NCBI GenBank assembly: GCA_016288795.1 | Contig: JAEELI010000007.1 | Location: 5,142 to 69,141, forward strand | Length of the DNA: 64,000 nt | DNA from: Bacillales bacterium | Lineage (GTDB): Bacteria; Bacillota_I; Bacilli_A; RF39; UBA660 | Direction of reading: 5' to 3' | Shown here: positions 29,603 through 40,461 of the stretch, piece after piece | Numbering within the stretch: position 1 is the stretch's first letter | Layout of the letters: each line of letters begins with the position of its first letter | Position numbers and translations under genes: made by a program | Notes under the pieces: generated by a model | What the model saw: only the letters and a program-made list of their open reading frames with translations | Told to the model about the DNA's origin: nothing | The model's database searches: none

Positions 29603-29773
29603 ATGGAAAAGTTTTTGAATAAAAAAGTAGTTATCGAAGCATGTTTGGGAGGAATTAACGGATCTAGCTCAGTGTTTAAAGGAACAGTTACTTCTTATGA
29701 TGATGAATTTGTTTGCTTAGATAATAATACTTTTATTGTAAGAAAATATATACTTGCTATTTCTATAAAATAA
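29603..29773 (+). CDS. DUF2642-like small protein (YuzF-like)
   Basis: 56 aa, below the ORF-track cutoff. Strong RBS GGAGG. The KKVVIEA...G.V..YDDEFVCL....FIVRKYILAISI pattern resembles DUF2642. Followed by a terminator. Confidence 0.45.
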   Translation: MEKFLNKKVVIEACLGGINGSSSVFKGTVTSYDDEFVCLDNNTFIVRKYILAISIK

Positions 29774-29802
29774 TTAAATAATGATTTAAATAGTTTTTTC
29801 AA

Positions 29803-29831
29803 TTGCTAATAATACTATTAGCAATTTTTTT
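29803..29831 (+). terminator. Rho-independent terminator
   Basis: TTGCTAATAatacTATTAGCAAttttttt. Confidence 0.7.
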
Positions 29832-30043
29832 ATGTTTAAATCCGTATGCATAAAAGTATGTCACCACACGGAGACAAAGAATGTATGTAGAAATTATTAG
29901 CTTTTCTATTATTTTTAAAGCAGATAAAATAATCATCAAATCTAGACTATATAATATTTTTGATAATAAAATGAATTTTGAGTTCTTATATTGATGAAAA
30001 AATATTTTGGCTATGTTATAATAGCTAACCAAGGAGTGAGATT

Positions 30044-30868
30044 GTGAGTATTCAGGTAGAGCTTATTAAACGTTATCGATATTTAAATGAAAATAAAGAA
30101 TTAATTTTATCTATGTGCATTATTTATAAAATAGATAGAGAACATATAAAAAGCCAAATAAAAAGATTAAAAGCAGGTTTAAAAAAACTTAATAAAAATG
30201 ATAAGAATGAAGAATTACTTGAACTTATTAATAAAGCAATTTCTATTTGTAATGCTGATTTAAAAACACCTAAAGCGTATTTATCATCTAACCCAAGTAG
30301 AGAATATGTTGATATGCTAGAAGAATTTTTGCTTGGAGATGTCAATATTGAAGAAACGGTATTATTTAAAGAAATAGAGTATATGAAGGAAAATGAAGAT
30401 TCATTAATGATGGTCGAGAAAAAAATAATTGATTTAGAAGACCGAAGAAAAAGTAACGAACACCTTAAAAAAATGCCAACTTTTACTGTTTGGAAGATCC
30501 TTTCTTATGTTCAAAAAAGATACCAAAACAATACAGTTGTTCAATCCGCTTTAGATAAATACTATAATTTAGAACGCTGGACGATAAGTAATCATGTTTG
30601 CCAATATGGTTATTATATAGATGAAGACATTTATGAAGAATATCCAAAAACTTCTTTGTATGCATCCGCCGCTGGAGATTGTGTTGAATTTAGATATCAT
30701 GGAAACGAGTTTGAAGAAGAAGATAATTATTATGAAACTAAAAATGAGATGAATGATGCACCTGCTTCATATTATCCGTCTGAATTTGCAAATGATCTAG
30801 CAAGAACACAAATAGTTCAAAATAAGGAAATATTATTAAAATCAAACATAGGACAAGTATTAGAATAA
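30044..30868 (+). CDS. Hypothetical protein
   Basis: GTG start with RBS AAGGAG. Preceded by TTGATG-N17-TGTTATAAT. Confidence 0.5.
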   Translation: MSIQVELIKRYRYLNENKELILSMCIIYKIDREHIKSQIKRLKAGLKKLNKNDKNEELLELINKAISICNADLKTPKAYLSSNPSREYVDMLEEFLLGDVNIEETVLFKEIEYMKENEDSLMMVEKKIIDLEDRRKSNEHLKKMPTFTVWKILSYVQKRYQNNTVVQSALDKYYNLERWTISNHVCQYGYYIDEDIYEEYPKTSLYASAAGDCVEFRYHGNEFEEEDNYYETKNEMNDAPASYYPSEFANDLARTQIVQNKEILLKSNIGQVLE

Positions 30869-30939
30869 TATGGGATTTACCCATATTTTTTTATTTATAT
30901 AAGAGGGATTATGATATAATATGAATAGGATGGAAAAAT

Positions 30940-31563
30940 ATGAATTTTAATGATGTGATTAATGATTTAGAAGAAATGAATGTAAATAGTGATTATCTAG
31001 TATTAAAAGGAGAAATTCCCATTTTGTTTTCTGTGCCACATTATATGGTGCAAATACACGAAGATGGATCAACGAAACTTAATGAACCATATACAAAAGC
31101 TATTTCTCTTTATCTTAATAAGTATTGTAAAACATATTCGATTATCAAAGCCAGAGATACTGGGGTAGATTCAAATAGGGACAATTATGATGAATACAAT
31201 GTTGAAATGAGAAGATTAATTAAAAGAAATAATATTAAATTAGTTATAGATTTACATGGTGCATCTATAGATAATAGTTTTGATATTGAATTTGGAACAT
31301 TGAATAATTTATCTGCCGATTTTTCGACAATTAGAGAACTTGAAGAGGCGTTTGCTGAAAATGGTATTACAAATATCAGTCATAACACCACATTTAAAGG
31401 TGGTGCCATAACTCAAGGATTATTTAGATTTACTGATGTAGATGTAATTCAATTAGAAATCAATAAAAAATATAGAGATTTCAATAACTTGGAATTATTG
31501 GAGAAACTAATTAACTCTTTAGAAAAATTTGTGAATCAATATAGTAAATATATCAATAGATAG
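30940..31563 (+). CDS. N-formylglutamate amidohydrolase-like (zinc hydrolase fold) protein
   Basis: PILFSVPH...ARDTG...RDNYDE...VIDLHGA resembles the FGase family. Confidence 0.45.
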   Translation: MNFNDVINDLEEMNVNSDYLVLKGEIPILFSVPHYMVQIHEDGSTKLNEPYTKAISLYLNKYCKTYSIIKARDTGVDSNRDNYDEYNVEMRRLIKRNNIKLVIDLHGASIDNSFDIEFGTLNNLSADFSTIRELEEAFAENGITNISHNTTFKGGAITQGLFRFTDVDVIQLEINKKYRDFNNLELLEKLINSLEKFVNQYSKYINR

Positions 31564-31616
31564 TTCTTTTATTTTAACCTTTCTCTATGTTATAATTTTT
31601 AAGAAGGTGATAAAAA

Positions 31617-32243
31617 ATGGCTTCATCAGTAATTCATATGGTAATAGCAAACGAAATAAACAAGAAACTAAAAAGAGATAATAGTATTCTATTAATTGGC
31701 TCAATTGCACCAGATTTAGCAAAACAACTTGGTAAATCTAAAGATATAAGTCATTTTATTGATGGAGAAAAGAATATTCCCAATCTTGAATTGTTTTTAA
31801 ATAAATATAAAAGTAAATTGAAAGATGATTTTGTTATGGGATATTATATTCATTTGTATACGGATTATTTATGGTTTAAATACTTTTTGACTGAGATACA
31901 CATAAATAATAGTATAATTAAAATGGATGGGACTGTTTTAGATAATATTTCTGAAGAACAATTTATATACTATGTATATAATGATTATACAAACATGAAT
32001 ATTTCATTACTTGAAAAGTATGATATGGATCTGGATATTTTCTTTAATACGGTTCCTGAATTAGATAATATTATTGAAGAAATACCTATGGATAAAATTG
32101 ATGTGATCATAAATAAGACAGCAGAGATAATTGATAATTCAAAATTAAATAAAGACTATTTATTTAATATGGAAAATGTTAATGTTTTTATTAAGACTAG
32201 TGTAGAACTAATATTATCGAAAATTGATGAAATGAATATATAA
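31617..32243 (+). CDS. Hypothetical protein (possibly zinc-dependent phospholipase C-like)
   Basis: The N-terminal SVIHMVIANE...IAPD pattern is the only basis, and it is weak. Confidence 0.35.
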   Translation: MASSVIHMVIANEINKKLKRDNSILLIGSIAPDLAKQLGKSKDISHFIDGEKNIPNLELFLNKYKSKLKDDFVMGYYIHLYTDYLWFKYFLTEIHINNSIIKMDGTVLDNISEEQFIYYVYNDYTNMNISLLEKYDMDLDIFFNTVPELDNIIEEIPMDKIDVIINKTAEIIDNSKLNKDYLFNMENVNVFIKTSVELILSKIDEMNI

Positions 32244-32329
32244 AAAAATTAGGTTAATGATAACCTACACTAATTTTCAGTATGACCATAAAATATAATA
32301 CATTATATAATGTTTTTATAGATATAGAG

Positions 32330-33376
32330 CTAGCTGGCTCTTTTCTTTTTGTTTGAATTTTCAGTTATTTTTAAAGATGAAATACCCCATAATATTCCAC
32401 CAATGATGGTAGGAAGATAATAGGTTAGGAATCTCCATAATATAAGTAAACTGTTAAGTTGGAAGCCAGTTATAAAGAAACCATAGTAGTTAATAAATGA
32501 ATATTCCATACCACCAGTCGCGCCAGGAATAGGAATATAATTACTAGACATAAATACGTAACTACACATAACTACACTGGTAATAAAAATCATATTTGTA
32601 GAAATACCCAAGGCATGCGTTATAGCAAATGGAATAGAGTAGAAGCATATAAATGATAAATATAGATACAAAACACCAGTTAAAAAGGTTTTTTTGTTCT
32701 TTAAAATAATTTTAGAGTTATTATAAAATTGTAAGCAAGATTTATCCCATTTTTTTTGTTTATTTTTTTTGTCTTTAATTAAATGTAATCTATCTAATAG
32801 ATTAATGACAAATCCAATAAGTTTGCGATTAAATGATTTTGAAAAACTCATAACTACAAATAATAAGAACATAAATAAATTTAAAAGTAATCCAATTATA
32901 GCTAAGACTCTTAAACCATTAGTAATCGGAAATAAATTAAACGCTTTATTTACAAACATTGCCGAAAGAGAAAATAGAACTAGAGCAAGCTGATATATTA
33001 TAGAGTTTTGAATCACCGCATTAGTTGAATCAACTGTAGATAATCCTTTACGATGTAATTCATATACTTGCATTGGCTGGCCACCGGAAGCTAAAGGAGT
33101 AATACCATTAAAAAAATTAGTTACTACAATTATATAAAACATATCTGAAAACTTGGTGCCTTTTTTATATAAATCAACAAAGTTTTGAAATGGTATAGTT
33201 TGAAATAGCAAATATAAAAAATATAGAGACATTGCTAAAAATAGCCATCTTAGTCGAACATGAAATATGGCATCAATTATTTCTAGATAGTTATCTTTTA
33301 ATAAATAATAGATAATTCCAGCAGTTAATAAAACTAATATAACAATGCTTAGCTTCTTGTTTTTCATAGTTATCAC
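32330..33376 (-). CDS. Flippase-like membrane protein (lysylphosphatidylglycerol synthase TM-region / YbhN family)
   Basis: 8 TMs with conserved TPLASGGQP...ELHRKG motifs. Confidence 0.7.
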   Translation of the reverse strand: MITMKNKKLSIVILVLLTAGIIYYLLKDNYLEIIDAIFHVRLRWLFLAMSLYFLYLLFQTIPFQNFVDLYKKGTKFSDMFYIIVVTNFFNGITPLASGGQPMQVYELHRKGLSTVDSTNAVIQNSIIYQLALVLFSLSAMFVNKAFNLFPITNGLRVLAIIGLLLNLFMFLLFVVMSFSKSFNRKLIGFVINLLDRLHLIKDKKNKQKKWDKSCLQFYNNSKIILKNKKTFLTGVLYLYLSFICFYSIPFAITHALGISTNMIFITSVVMCSYVFMSSNYIPIPGATGGMEYSFINYYGFFITGFQLNSLLILWRFLTYYLPTIIGGILWGISSLKITENSNKKKRAS

Positions 33377-33422
33377 TTTATTAAAATATCATAATTAGGG
33401 CAAAACATCAATAAATTAGCAT

Positions 33423-33446
33423 AAAAAAAGAGTGTTAGACACTCTT
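33423..33446 (-). terminator. Terminator downstream of the tRNA pair
   Basis: AGAGTGTtagACACTCT followed by a T-run on the minus strand. Confidence 0.55.
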
Positions 33447-33455
33447 AATATCAAA

Positions 33456-33532
33456 TGGTGACCCGTACGGGATTTGAACCCATGAATGCATGCGTGAAAG
33501 GCATGTGTGTTCAACCACTTCACCAACGGGCC
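33456..33532 (-). tRNA. tRNA-Glu (anticodon UUC)
   Basis: The reverse complement folds as a cloverleaf with anticodon loop CTTTCAC, 3' CCA encoded, and acceptor stem GGCCCGT/ACGGGTC. Confidence 0.85.
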
Positions 33533-33544
33533 GAATAACTTAAA

Positions 33545-33621
<77 letters not shown>

Positions 33622-33724
33622 ATCAAGTCACGTCTAGTAAATTGTATAATAAAAGTAGTAAAAAAGCAAGTATTTTTAGTTAAAATAGCCTTTTTTGTGA
33701 TATAATTAATTCGGAAGGTGTAAA

Positions 33725-34351
33725 ATGAAGAATTTTGGTATTTGTATGCTATTACTATTATTGTTAGTAGGAGGAATAGGTGGATACTTTGTTTTCAAAA
33801 ATATAAGAGAAAATAAAAGAATTGCTGCAATAAAGGAAGGATGGTATGTAGAAATTACATATGATCAACCAATCAATGTTCGTGAAGAACCTAATGCTAA
33901 ATCTAATTCCTTAGGAACCGTTAGTAAGGGTGAAGTTTACAAAGTCTTAGACGTTGATATAAAAAGTGGTGTATATAATTGGTATAAAATTGAATATGAA
34001 AAGGAAGTTGGATGGATAGCGTCTGGTAAGAAAAAGCATTGGGTTAATGATGTAAATAATCCAAATGATATTGCAGTTCCAGAGGTTAAATTTCATGATC
34101 CAGTTTATAAAGTTGCTACTATCAAAGATATAAATTATAAACATTTAGAAGTTGTCGAAGATACCGATAAATATAAAATAACTCATGTTGTATATCATGA
34201 GGTAGATCCTATCAAAGAAATTGATCAATATTGGATCTATTATACAATTACTGATGGTGCTGGAAAAAGTTCATCTAAAATGCAAAAAATAGAGTTTGAA
34301 GTTACACCAGAAGAAAGTCAAGTCAAAGACTTTGCAGATTTTAGAAGATAA
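33725..34351 (+). CDS. Secreted/membrane-anchored SH3b-domain protein
   Basis: N-terminal TM/signal sequence. INVREEPNAKSNSLGTVSKGEVYKVL...NWYKIEY...GWIASG matches the bacterial SH3 pattern. RBS GGAAGGTG. Confidence 0.55.
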   Translation: MKNFGICMLLLLLLVGGIGGYFVFKNIRENKRIAAIKEGWYVEITYDQPINVREEPNAKSNSLGTVSKGEVYKVLDVDIKSGVYNWYKIEYEKEVGWIASGKKKHWVNDVNNPNDIAVPEVKFHDPVYKVATIKDINYKHLEVVEDTDKYKITHVVYHEVDPIKEIDQYWIYYTITDGAGKSSSKMQKIEFEVTPEESQVKDFADFRR

Positions 34352-34386
34352 ATAAAAAAACCCAATTATGGGTTTTTATTTTTATA

Positions 34387-34462
34387 TGGTGTCCCCTTAG
34401 GGATTCGAACCCTAGACCCACTGATTAAGAGTCAGTTGCTCTACCAACTGAGCTAAGGAGAC
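34387..34462 (-). tRNA. tRNA-Lys (anticodon CUU)
   Basis: The reverse complement is GTCTCCTTAGCTCAGTTGGTAGAGCAACTGACTCTTAATCAGTGGGTC...ACCA, with anticodon loop CTCTTAA. Confidence 0.8.
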
Positions 34463-34585
34463 ATCACAATTAATAACAATACAAATTATACTAAAAAATA
34501 CCAAAAAAAGCAACTGAAATTAATCGGATGGGTCGTATTAATTTTTTAAATAAAATATGATATAATCTTTGATAGGTGATTTATT

Positions 34586-35860
34586 ATGTTTATTGATGAA
34601 ATTACTTTGAAAGTTATTGCCGGTAATGGTGGAGATGGTTGCACCTCTTTTCGTCGTGAAAAATATGTTCCAATGGGTGGTCCAGATGGAGGAAATGGTG
34701 GAAAAGGTGCAAATATTGTTTTTGAAGTAGATAAGGGGTTAAAAACATTAATAGATCTTAGATATAAAAAAATAATTAAAGGACCACATGGAGTTCATGG
34801 AAAAGGGTCCAATAAATATGGGGCTAATGCTGAGGATGTTATTGTTAAAGTTCCAGAGGGAACAACTGTTACAGATATGGATTCTGGATTAGTTTTAGTT
34901 GATTTAATAAACGATAAGCAAAGATTTGTTGTTGCTCATGGCGGAAGAGGCGGAAGAGGAAATAAATCATTTGCAACACATGATAATCCGGCTCCTAAGT
35001 TTAGTGAAAAAGGTGAACCTGGAGAAATTAAATTATTAAAATGTGAATTAAAAGTGCTTGCAGATGTTGGTTTAATTGGGTTACCATCAGTTGGAAAAAG
35101 CACAATTTTATCTCAAATAAGTGCAAGCAAACCTAAAATAGCTGCATATCATTTTACTACTTTATCACCAAATTTGGGGGTAATAAAACTAAAAGACAAT
35201 CGCTCCTTTGTAATGGCCGATTTACCTGGATTAATTGAAGGCGCATCTGAAGGTGTAGGACTTGGAGATAAATTCTTAAAACACGCGATGAGAACAAGAA
35301 TATTGTGTCATGTTATTGATATGAGCGGATCTGAAGGAAGAAATCCGATTGATGATTATAAAGTGATTCGTGATGAAATTAATAAATATGATAATAAACT
35401 TGCTGGTAAATTAGAAATAGTAGTAGCTAATAAAATGGATTTACCTAATGCAGAGGATAATTTAAGTGTTTTTATGAAACAATATCCTAATATTAAAGTT
35501 TTTTCAATTAGTGCAATCAATAACGATGGCTTAGATAAATTGATGATTGACTTGGCAGATGAATTAGACAATATTCAAAACACGCCTGTTTATAATGAAA
35601 ATGAATTTGAAAGCCATATGATCTTTAAATTTAAAGAAGAAAAACCATATGTTATTGAAAGAGACAATGATATATGGGTTATTAAGGGAGAAAAAATTGA
35701 AAAATTATTTAAAATGACCAAATTTAACGAAGATGAGGCTGTTTTAAGATTTGCTAGAAAGTTACGCGCAATGGGAATTGAAGAAGAACTAGAAAAACTA
35801 GGCGCTATAAGAGGAGATGAAGTTCAAATATTAGATTATATATTTGAATTTAAAGAATAA
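34586..35860 (+). CDS. obg: GTPase Obg/CgtA
   Basis: Obg fold N-terminus (FIDEITLKVIAGNGGDGC), G-domain motifs GLPSVGKST and DLPGLIEGA, and a C-terminal OCT domain. Confidence 0.9.
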   Translation: MFIDEITLKVIAGNGGDGCTSFRREKYVPMGGPDGGNGGKGANIVFEVDKGLKTLIDLRYKKIIKGPHGVHGKGSNKYGANAEDVIVKVPEGTTVTDMDSGLVLVDLINDKQRFVVAHGGRGGRGNKSFATHDNPAPKFSEKGEPGEIKLLKCELKVLADVGLIGLPSVGKSTILSQISASKPKIAAYHFTTLSPNLGVIKLKDNRSFVMADLPGLIEGASEGVGLGDKFLKHAMRTRILCHVIDMSGSEGRNPIDDYKVIRDEINKYDNKLAGKLEIVVANKMDLPNAEDNLSVFMKQYPNIKVFSISAINNDGLDKLMIDLADELDNIQNTPVYNENEFESHMIFKFKEEKPYVIERDNDIWVIKGEKIEKLFKMTKFNEDEAVLRFARKLRAMGIEEELEKLGAIRGDEVQILDYIFEFKE

Positions 35861-35886
35861 AGAAGTGACAACACTTCTTTTTTTGT
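35861..35886 (+). terminator. Rho-independent terminator
   Basis: AAGAAGTGacaaCACTTCTTttttt. Confidence 0.7.
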
Positions 35887-35909
35887 AGTATACTTAGAGT
35901 GGTGATATT

Positions 35910-36467
35910 ATGTTTGGTTATTTAGATGGAAAAATAATGTATCAAACTTCAAATAGTGTTGTAATTGATGTTAATAGTATAGGTTTTAATGTATATGTTC
36001 CAAATCCCTATAGTTATGAGTTAAATAGTAATTATAGAATATTTGTATATAATCATATAAGAGAGGATGAATCCTCACTATATGGATTTAAAACCATGGA
36101 AGAAAAAGATTTGTTCTTAAGACTTATTAATGTTAAAGGCATGGGGCCAAAAGTTGCAAGCGGAATATTTGCTACTGGCTCAATCAAGGGGATAGTTGAT
36201 GCTATTAATAAAGAAAACATATTATATCTTACTAAGTTCCCGAAGATTGGTGAAAAATTGGCTAAGCAAATCATTTTAGATTTAAAAGGGAAATTGTTCA
36301 TTGAGTCTAATGATAATATTGATGACAATAGTATTGATGAATTAATCAGTGTTTTAGAAAATCTTGGTTACAAGAGCGCTGAAATTAAAAAAATTGTTCC
36401 TCAAGTTGATTCTTCAAAGCCATTGGAAGAGCAAGTAAAAGATTCGTTAAAACTATTATTAAAATAA
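35910..36467 (+). CDS. ruvA: Holliday junction branch migration complex subunit RuvA
   Basis: Size and motifs (MFGYLDGKI, HhH GMGPKVA, C-terminal domain), adjacent to ruvB. Confidence 0.85.
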   Translation: MFGYLDGKIMYQTSNSVVIDVNSIGFNVYVPNPYSYELNSNYRIFVYNHIREDESSLYGFKTMEEKDLFLRLINVKGMGPKVASGIFATGSIKGIVDAINKENILYLTKFPKIGEKLAKQIILDLKGKLFIESNDNIDDNSIDELISVLENLGYKSAEIKKIVPQVDSSKPLEEQVKDSLKLLLK

Positions 36468-36530
36468 TTAAACAAATGTTTGCTTTTGAATGTGATTGTG
36501 TTATACTTATTATAGAGGAGGTTTAATAAA

Positions 36531-37544
36531 ATGGAGAAAAGAATTATAGACGTAAATGCTTCAGATGAAGATGTTTTTGAAAAAAATATAAGACCTGAAT
36601 CATTAGATGAATATGTGGGTCAAAATGAAATTAAAGAAAACTTAAGAGTCTTTATTAAAGCAGCTTTAATGCGAAATGAACCATTAGATCACGTTTTATT
36701 ATATGGTCCTCCTGGACTAGGTAAAACAACTTTGGCTCATATTATTGCCAATGAATTAGGATCTACCCTAAGAACTGCAAGTGGTCCTTCAATTGAGAAA
36801 ACTGGTGACTTAGCTGCAATTTTGTCAAATCTTGAACCAGGAGATGTATTATTTATAGATGAGATACATAGAATGCCATCATTTATTGAAGAAATACTTT
36901 ATCCAGCAATGGAAGATTTTGAATTGGACTTAATTATTGGTGGAGATGGTAAAAGTAAGAGTATTAAAATAAATTTGCCACCTTTTACTTTAGTTGGCGC
37001 TACGACCAGGGCAGGAGACTTATCTAGTCCCTTAAGAGATCGTTTTGGAATTATTTCTAAGCTGGATTATTATACATTTGATGAATTAAAAGATATAGTT
37101 ATTAGAAGCGGTCGAGTTTTTGATATTAAAGTTGAAGATGATGCGGCAATGGAATTAGCAAAAAGAAGCAGAAAAACACCTAGAGTTGCTAATAGGTTAT
37201 TCAGAAGAGTTCGTGACTTCGCTATAGTTGAAGGTAATGGAATTATAGACCTAGACATCACTAATCGTGCTTTAAAAAGATTGCATGTAGATGATTCAGG
37301 ATTAGATAATATAGATAGAGAATATTTAACAAGTTTAATTGAAAAGTTTAATGGGGGTCCTGTCGGAGTTGAAACAATAGCAACAAGCATTGGGGAAGAA
37401 GTAACTACAATTGAAGATGTAGTTGAGCCATATTTATTACAAGAAGGCTTTATAAAAAGAACTAGAAGTGGACGTGTTGCAACAGAAAAAGCTTTCAATA
37501 TTATTGGATATAAATATAATCAAGGCTTATTTAAAGAGGAGTAA
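36531..37544 (+). CDS. ruvB: Holliday junction ATP-dependent DNA helicase RuvB
   Basis: [11 protein letters not shown] Walker A, DEIHR and the full RuvB length. Confidence 0.95.
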   Translation: MEKRIIDVNASDEDVFEKNIRPESLDEYVGQNEIKENLRVFIKAALMRNEPLDHVLLYGPPGLGKTTLAHIIANELGSTLRTASGPSIEKTGDLAAILSNLEPGDVLFIDEIHRMPSFIEEILYPAMEDFELDLIIGGDGKSKSIKINLPPFTLVGATTRAGDLSSPLRDRFGIISKLDYYTFDELKDIVIRSGRVFDIKVEDDAAMELAKRSRKTPRVANRLFRRVRDFAIVEGNGIIDLDITNRALKRLHVDDSGLDNIDREYLTSLIEKFNGGPVGVETIATSIGEEVTTIEDVVEPYLLQEGFIKRTRSGRVATEKAFNIIGYKYNQGLFKEE

Positions 37545-37545
37545 T

Positions 37546-38370
37546 ATGAATATTATAGACGGAAAAAAAGTAAGTGGAGAAATTCTAGAAGAACTTAAAA
37601 ACACTATTAAAGCAAATAATTTAGATTTGACTTTAGGTATAATTTGGGTTGGAAATGATGAAGGAAGTAAAATATATATTAATAATAAAATTAAAAGATG
37701 TGATAGTATTGGAATTAAGACCAAATTATACCATTTAGAATCCGAAACATCCGAAAAAGAATTATTAGATTTAATCGATTCACTAAATAATGATTCTTTA
37801 ATTAATGGAATTATTCTTCAAAGTCCAGTTCCTAGTCATATTGATATTATAAAATGTTTTAATAGCATTAATCCAAATAAAGATGTGGACGGTTTTTCTA
37901 ATGTATCAGTTGGGAATAATTATCAAAATAGACCATCTATTATTCCGTGTACACCAAAAGGAATAATGAAATTATTTGATTATTATAATATTGATTTAAA
38001 AGGTAAAAATGTATGTATAATTAATAGGAGTAATATTGTTGGAAAACCATTACTTCCTTTATTACTTGAAAGAGATGCTACAGTTAATGTATGCCACTCG
38101 AAGACTAAAGATTTGGCGTTTTGGACTAGGAATGCAGACATCATTATAAGTGCTATTGGTAAACCAAAGATAATAACTGCAGAAATGATTAAAGATGGTG
38201 CAATCATAATTGATGTTGGAATATCAAGAATTGATGGTAAAATCTCTGGCGACGTTGATTTTGAAAACGTAAAAGAAAAGGTTAGTTACATTACTCCAGT
38301 TCCAGGAGGAGTTGGTCCGATGACTGTTGCAATGTTATTAGATAATTTAGTAGAAATAAGTATGAGGTGA
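37546..38370 (+). CDS. folD: Bifunctional methylenetetrahydrofolate dehydrogenase/cyclohydrolase FolD
   Basis: MNIIDGKKVS... and PVPGGVGPMTVAMLL. RBS GAGGAG. The track's longer ORF (37468) overlaps ruvB and is unlikely to be the true start. Confidence 0.9.
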   Translation: MNIIDGKKVSGEILEELKNTIKANNLDLTLGIIWVGNDEGSKIYINNKIKRCDSIGIKTKLYHLESETSEKELLDLIDSLNNDSLINGIILQSPVPSHIDIIKCFNSINPNKDVDGFSNVSVGNNYQNRPSIIPCTPKGIMKLFDYYNIDLKGKNVCIINRSNIVGKPLLPLLLERDATVNVCHSKTKDLAFWTRNADIIISAIGKPKIITAEMIKDGAIIIDVGISRIDGKISGDVDFENVKEKVSYITPVPGGVGPMTVAMLLDNLVEISMR

Positions 38371-38373
38371 AAT

Positions 38374-39597
38374 ATGGATAAAGAATTGAGTAAGTATTTA
38401 AGATTAGAAAAGAAAAGACAACAAGATAATATAGAATTAATTGCATCAGAGAACTATGTTTCTAATGATATATTGAAACTACAAGGAAGCATATTAACTA
38501 ATAAATACGCTGAAGGATATCCCGCTAAAAGATATTATGGTGGTTGCGAATATATCGATATGTTTGAAAATAGGGCAATAGAGCTTGCGAAGAAACTATT
38601 TAATGCTAATTATGCCAATGTTCAACCTCATAGTGGTTCTAGTGCAAATATGGCAGTTTATAGAGCATTGTTAGAACCTCATGATAAAGTGATGGGAATG
38701 AATCTTAGTCACGGAGGACATCTAACACATGGTTATAGTCTAAATTTTAGTGGAAGTGATTATGAAATTATAAGTTATGATGTTGATTCAATAACAGAGA
38801 CTATTAACTACGATAAATTAAGAGAAATTGCTTTAAAAGAAAAGCCTAAAATGATAATTGCTGGTGCTAGTGCATACTCAAGAATAATTGATTTCAAAAA
38901 ATTTAGAGAAATATGTGATGAGGTTGGTGCATATTTATTTGTGGATATGGCTCATATTGCTGGTTTAGTGGCCGCTGGTTATCATCCATCGCCATTACCT
39001 TATGCTCATGTGGTTACATCTACAACTCATAAGACTCTAAGGGGTCCTCGTGGAGGAATTATTCTTACAAATGATGAAGAAATTGCAAAGAAGATAAATA
39101 AGGTTGTATTCCCAGGCATTCAAGGTGGCCCTTTAATGCATGTTATCGCTGGAAAAGCCCAATGTTTCTACGAAGCTATGCAAGATGATTTTAAGGAATA
39201 TATAAAGCAAGTGTTAGATAATATGCAAGCAATGAGCAATGAATTTACTAAGTTAGGATATAAAATTGTTAGTGGTGGAACTGATAATCATTTATTACTA
39301 TTAGATGTAAAAACAAGTGCTGGTATTACAGGAAAAGAAGCGGAAAGCATTCTAGATAGAATTCATATTACAGTAAATAAGAATACTATTCCTAACGAGA
39401 CAGAAAAAGCAATGATTGCATCTGGTATAAGAATTGGAAGTGCTGCAATGACATCTAGAGGACTAAAAGAAAAAGAATTTAGAGAAATTGCAGATATCAT
39501 TGCCTCTGCTTTTAAGAATAAAGACAATGAAGTTGAATTATGTAAATTAAGTGATCAAGTTTTAAATATTACAAAAAAATATCCATTATGGTATTAG
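38374..39597 (+). CDS. glyA: Serine hydroxymethyltransferase
   Basis: Classic SHMT motifs ([20 protein letters not shown]). Confidence 0.95.
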   Translation: MDKELSKYLRLEKKRQQDNIELIASENYVSNDILKLQGSILTNKYAEGYPAKRYYGGCEYIDMFENRAIELAKKLFNANYANVQPHSGSSANMAVYRALLEPHDKVMGMNLSHGGHLTHGYSLNFSGSDYEIISYDVDSITETINYDKLREIALKEKPKMIIAGASAYSRIIDFKKFREICDEVGAYLFVDMAHIAGLVAAGYHPSPLPYAHVVTSTTHKTLRGPRGGIILTNDEEIAKKINKVVFPGIQGGPLMHVIAGKAQCFYEAMQDDFKEYIKQVLDNMQAMSNEFTKLGYKIVSGGTDNHLLLLDVKTSAGITGKEAESILDRIHITVNKNTIPNETEKAMIASGIRIGSAAMTSRGLKEKEFREIADIIASAFKNKDNEVELCKLSDQVLNITKKYPLWY

Positions 39598-39608
39598 GAG
39601 GAATGTTT

Positions 39609-40460
39609 ATGACTAAAGGTGATATGTATGCCAAAAAAATTATTAAGCGAATATTAGAAGAAGGATGCTTAGATAAGAATCCTAGACCTCATTATTCGGA
39701 TGGAACGCCAGCACATACATTAAGTGTTAATCACGGTATGTGCACTTATGACTTATCAAAAGGAGAAAGTCCATTAATAACACTTAGACCAATTGCAACA
39801 AAATCATCAATTGGCGAAATATTATGGATTTATCAAGATGAATCTAATAATTTGGACTTGCTTAAAGAAAAATATGGTGTCACCTGGTGGGATGAATGGG
39901 AAATAGGTGACAGAACAATCGGGACTTGCTATGGTGAGACAATTAGAAGACATAACTTAATGAAGAATTTACTTAAAGGATTAAGAGAAAATCCAGATGG
40001 AAGAAGACACATTATCAATATGTGGCAAGAAGACGATTTTAAAGAAAAACACGGATTAAAGCCTTGTGCTTTTCAAACCGTTTGGAATGTTAGACATGGA
40101 AAAGATGGTATTGATTACCTAGATATGTGTTTATTTCAAAGATCATCTGATTTTTTAACTGCTGGTTGTATTAATCAAGTTCAATATGCAACTTTATTAT
40201 GTATGGTTGCTCAAGATTTGAGATATACTCCTGGGGTCTTCACATGGTTTTATGACAATATTCAAATATATGATAGACATATTGAAAATGCTAAAGAATT
40301 ATTAAAAAGAAGACCAATACCTTGCAATCCAAAGATTTCACTTAATAAAGATATTAAAAATTTCTATGATTTTAAACTTAGTGATATAAGAATTGTGGAT
40401 TATCCTATAGATAAAATAAAGGAAAAAAATCCACAAATGAAATTTGATTTGGGGATATAA
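39609..40460 (+). CDS. thyA: Thymidylate synthase ThyA
   Basis: PCAFQTVWNV active-site Cys region. RBS GGAGG 8 nt before ATG 39609. Confidence 0.9.
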   Translation: MTKGDMYAKKIIKRILEEGCLDKNPRPHYSDGTPAHTLSVNHGMCTYDLSKGESPLITLRPIATKSSIGEILWIYQDESNNLDLLKEKYGVTWWDEWEIGDRTIGTCYGETIRRHNLMKNLLKGLRENPDGRRHIINMWQEDDFKEKHGLKPCAFQTVWNVRHGKDGIDYLDMCLFQRSSDFLTAGCINQVQYATLLCMVAQDLRYTPGVFTWFYDNIQIYDRHIENAKELLKRRPIPCNPKISLNKDIKNFYDFKLSDIRIVDYPIDKIKEKNPQMKFDLGI

Positions 40461-40461
40461 A

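Noticed and set aside
29799-30032. 77-aa minus-strand ORF
   Set aside because: The region contains the plus-strand terminator hairpin (29803-29824) and a good TTGATG-N17-TGTTATAAT promoter for the 30044 gene. The ORF is an artefact of AT-rich intergenic sequence.
36468-36530. Possible terminator between ruvA and ruvB (aaacaaatgtttgctttt)
   Set aside because: The stem is imperfect and the two genes are normally co-transcribed. More likely it is just AT-rich spacer.
37468-37545. Extended N-terminus of FolD proposed by the ORF track (start 37468)
   Set aside because: It would overlap ruvB by 77 nt. An ATG at 37546 with GAGGAG RBS gives the canonical MNIIDGKK FolD N-terminus.
39588-39608. Extended ThyA start (39588 or 39603)
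   Set aside because: GGAGG at 39596-39600 is correctly spaced only for ATG 39609 (MTKGDMY...).
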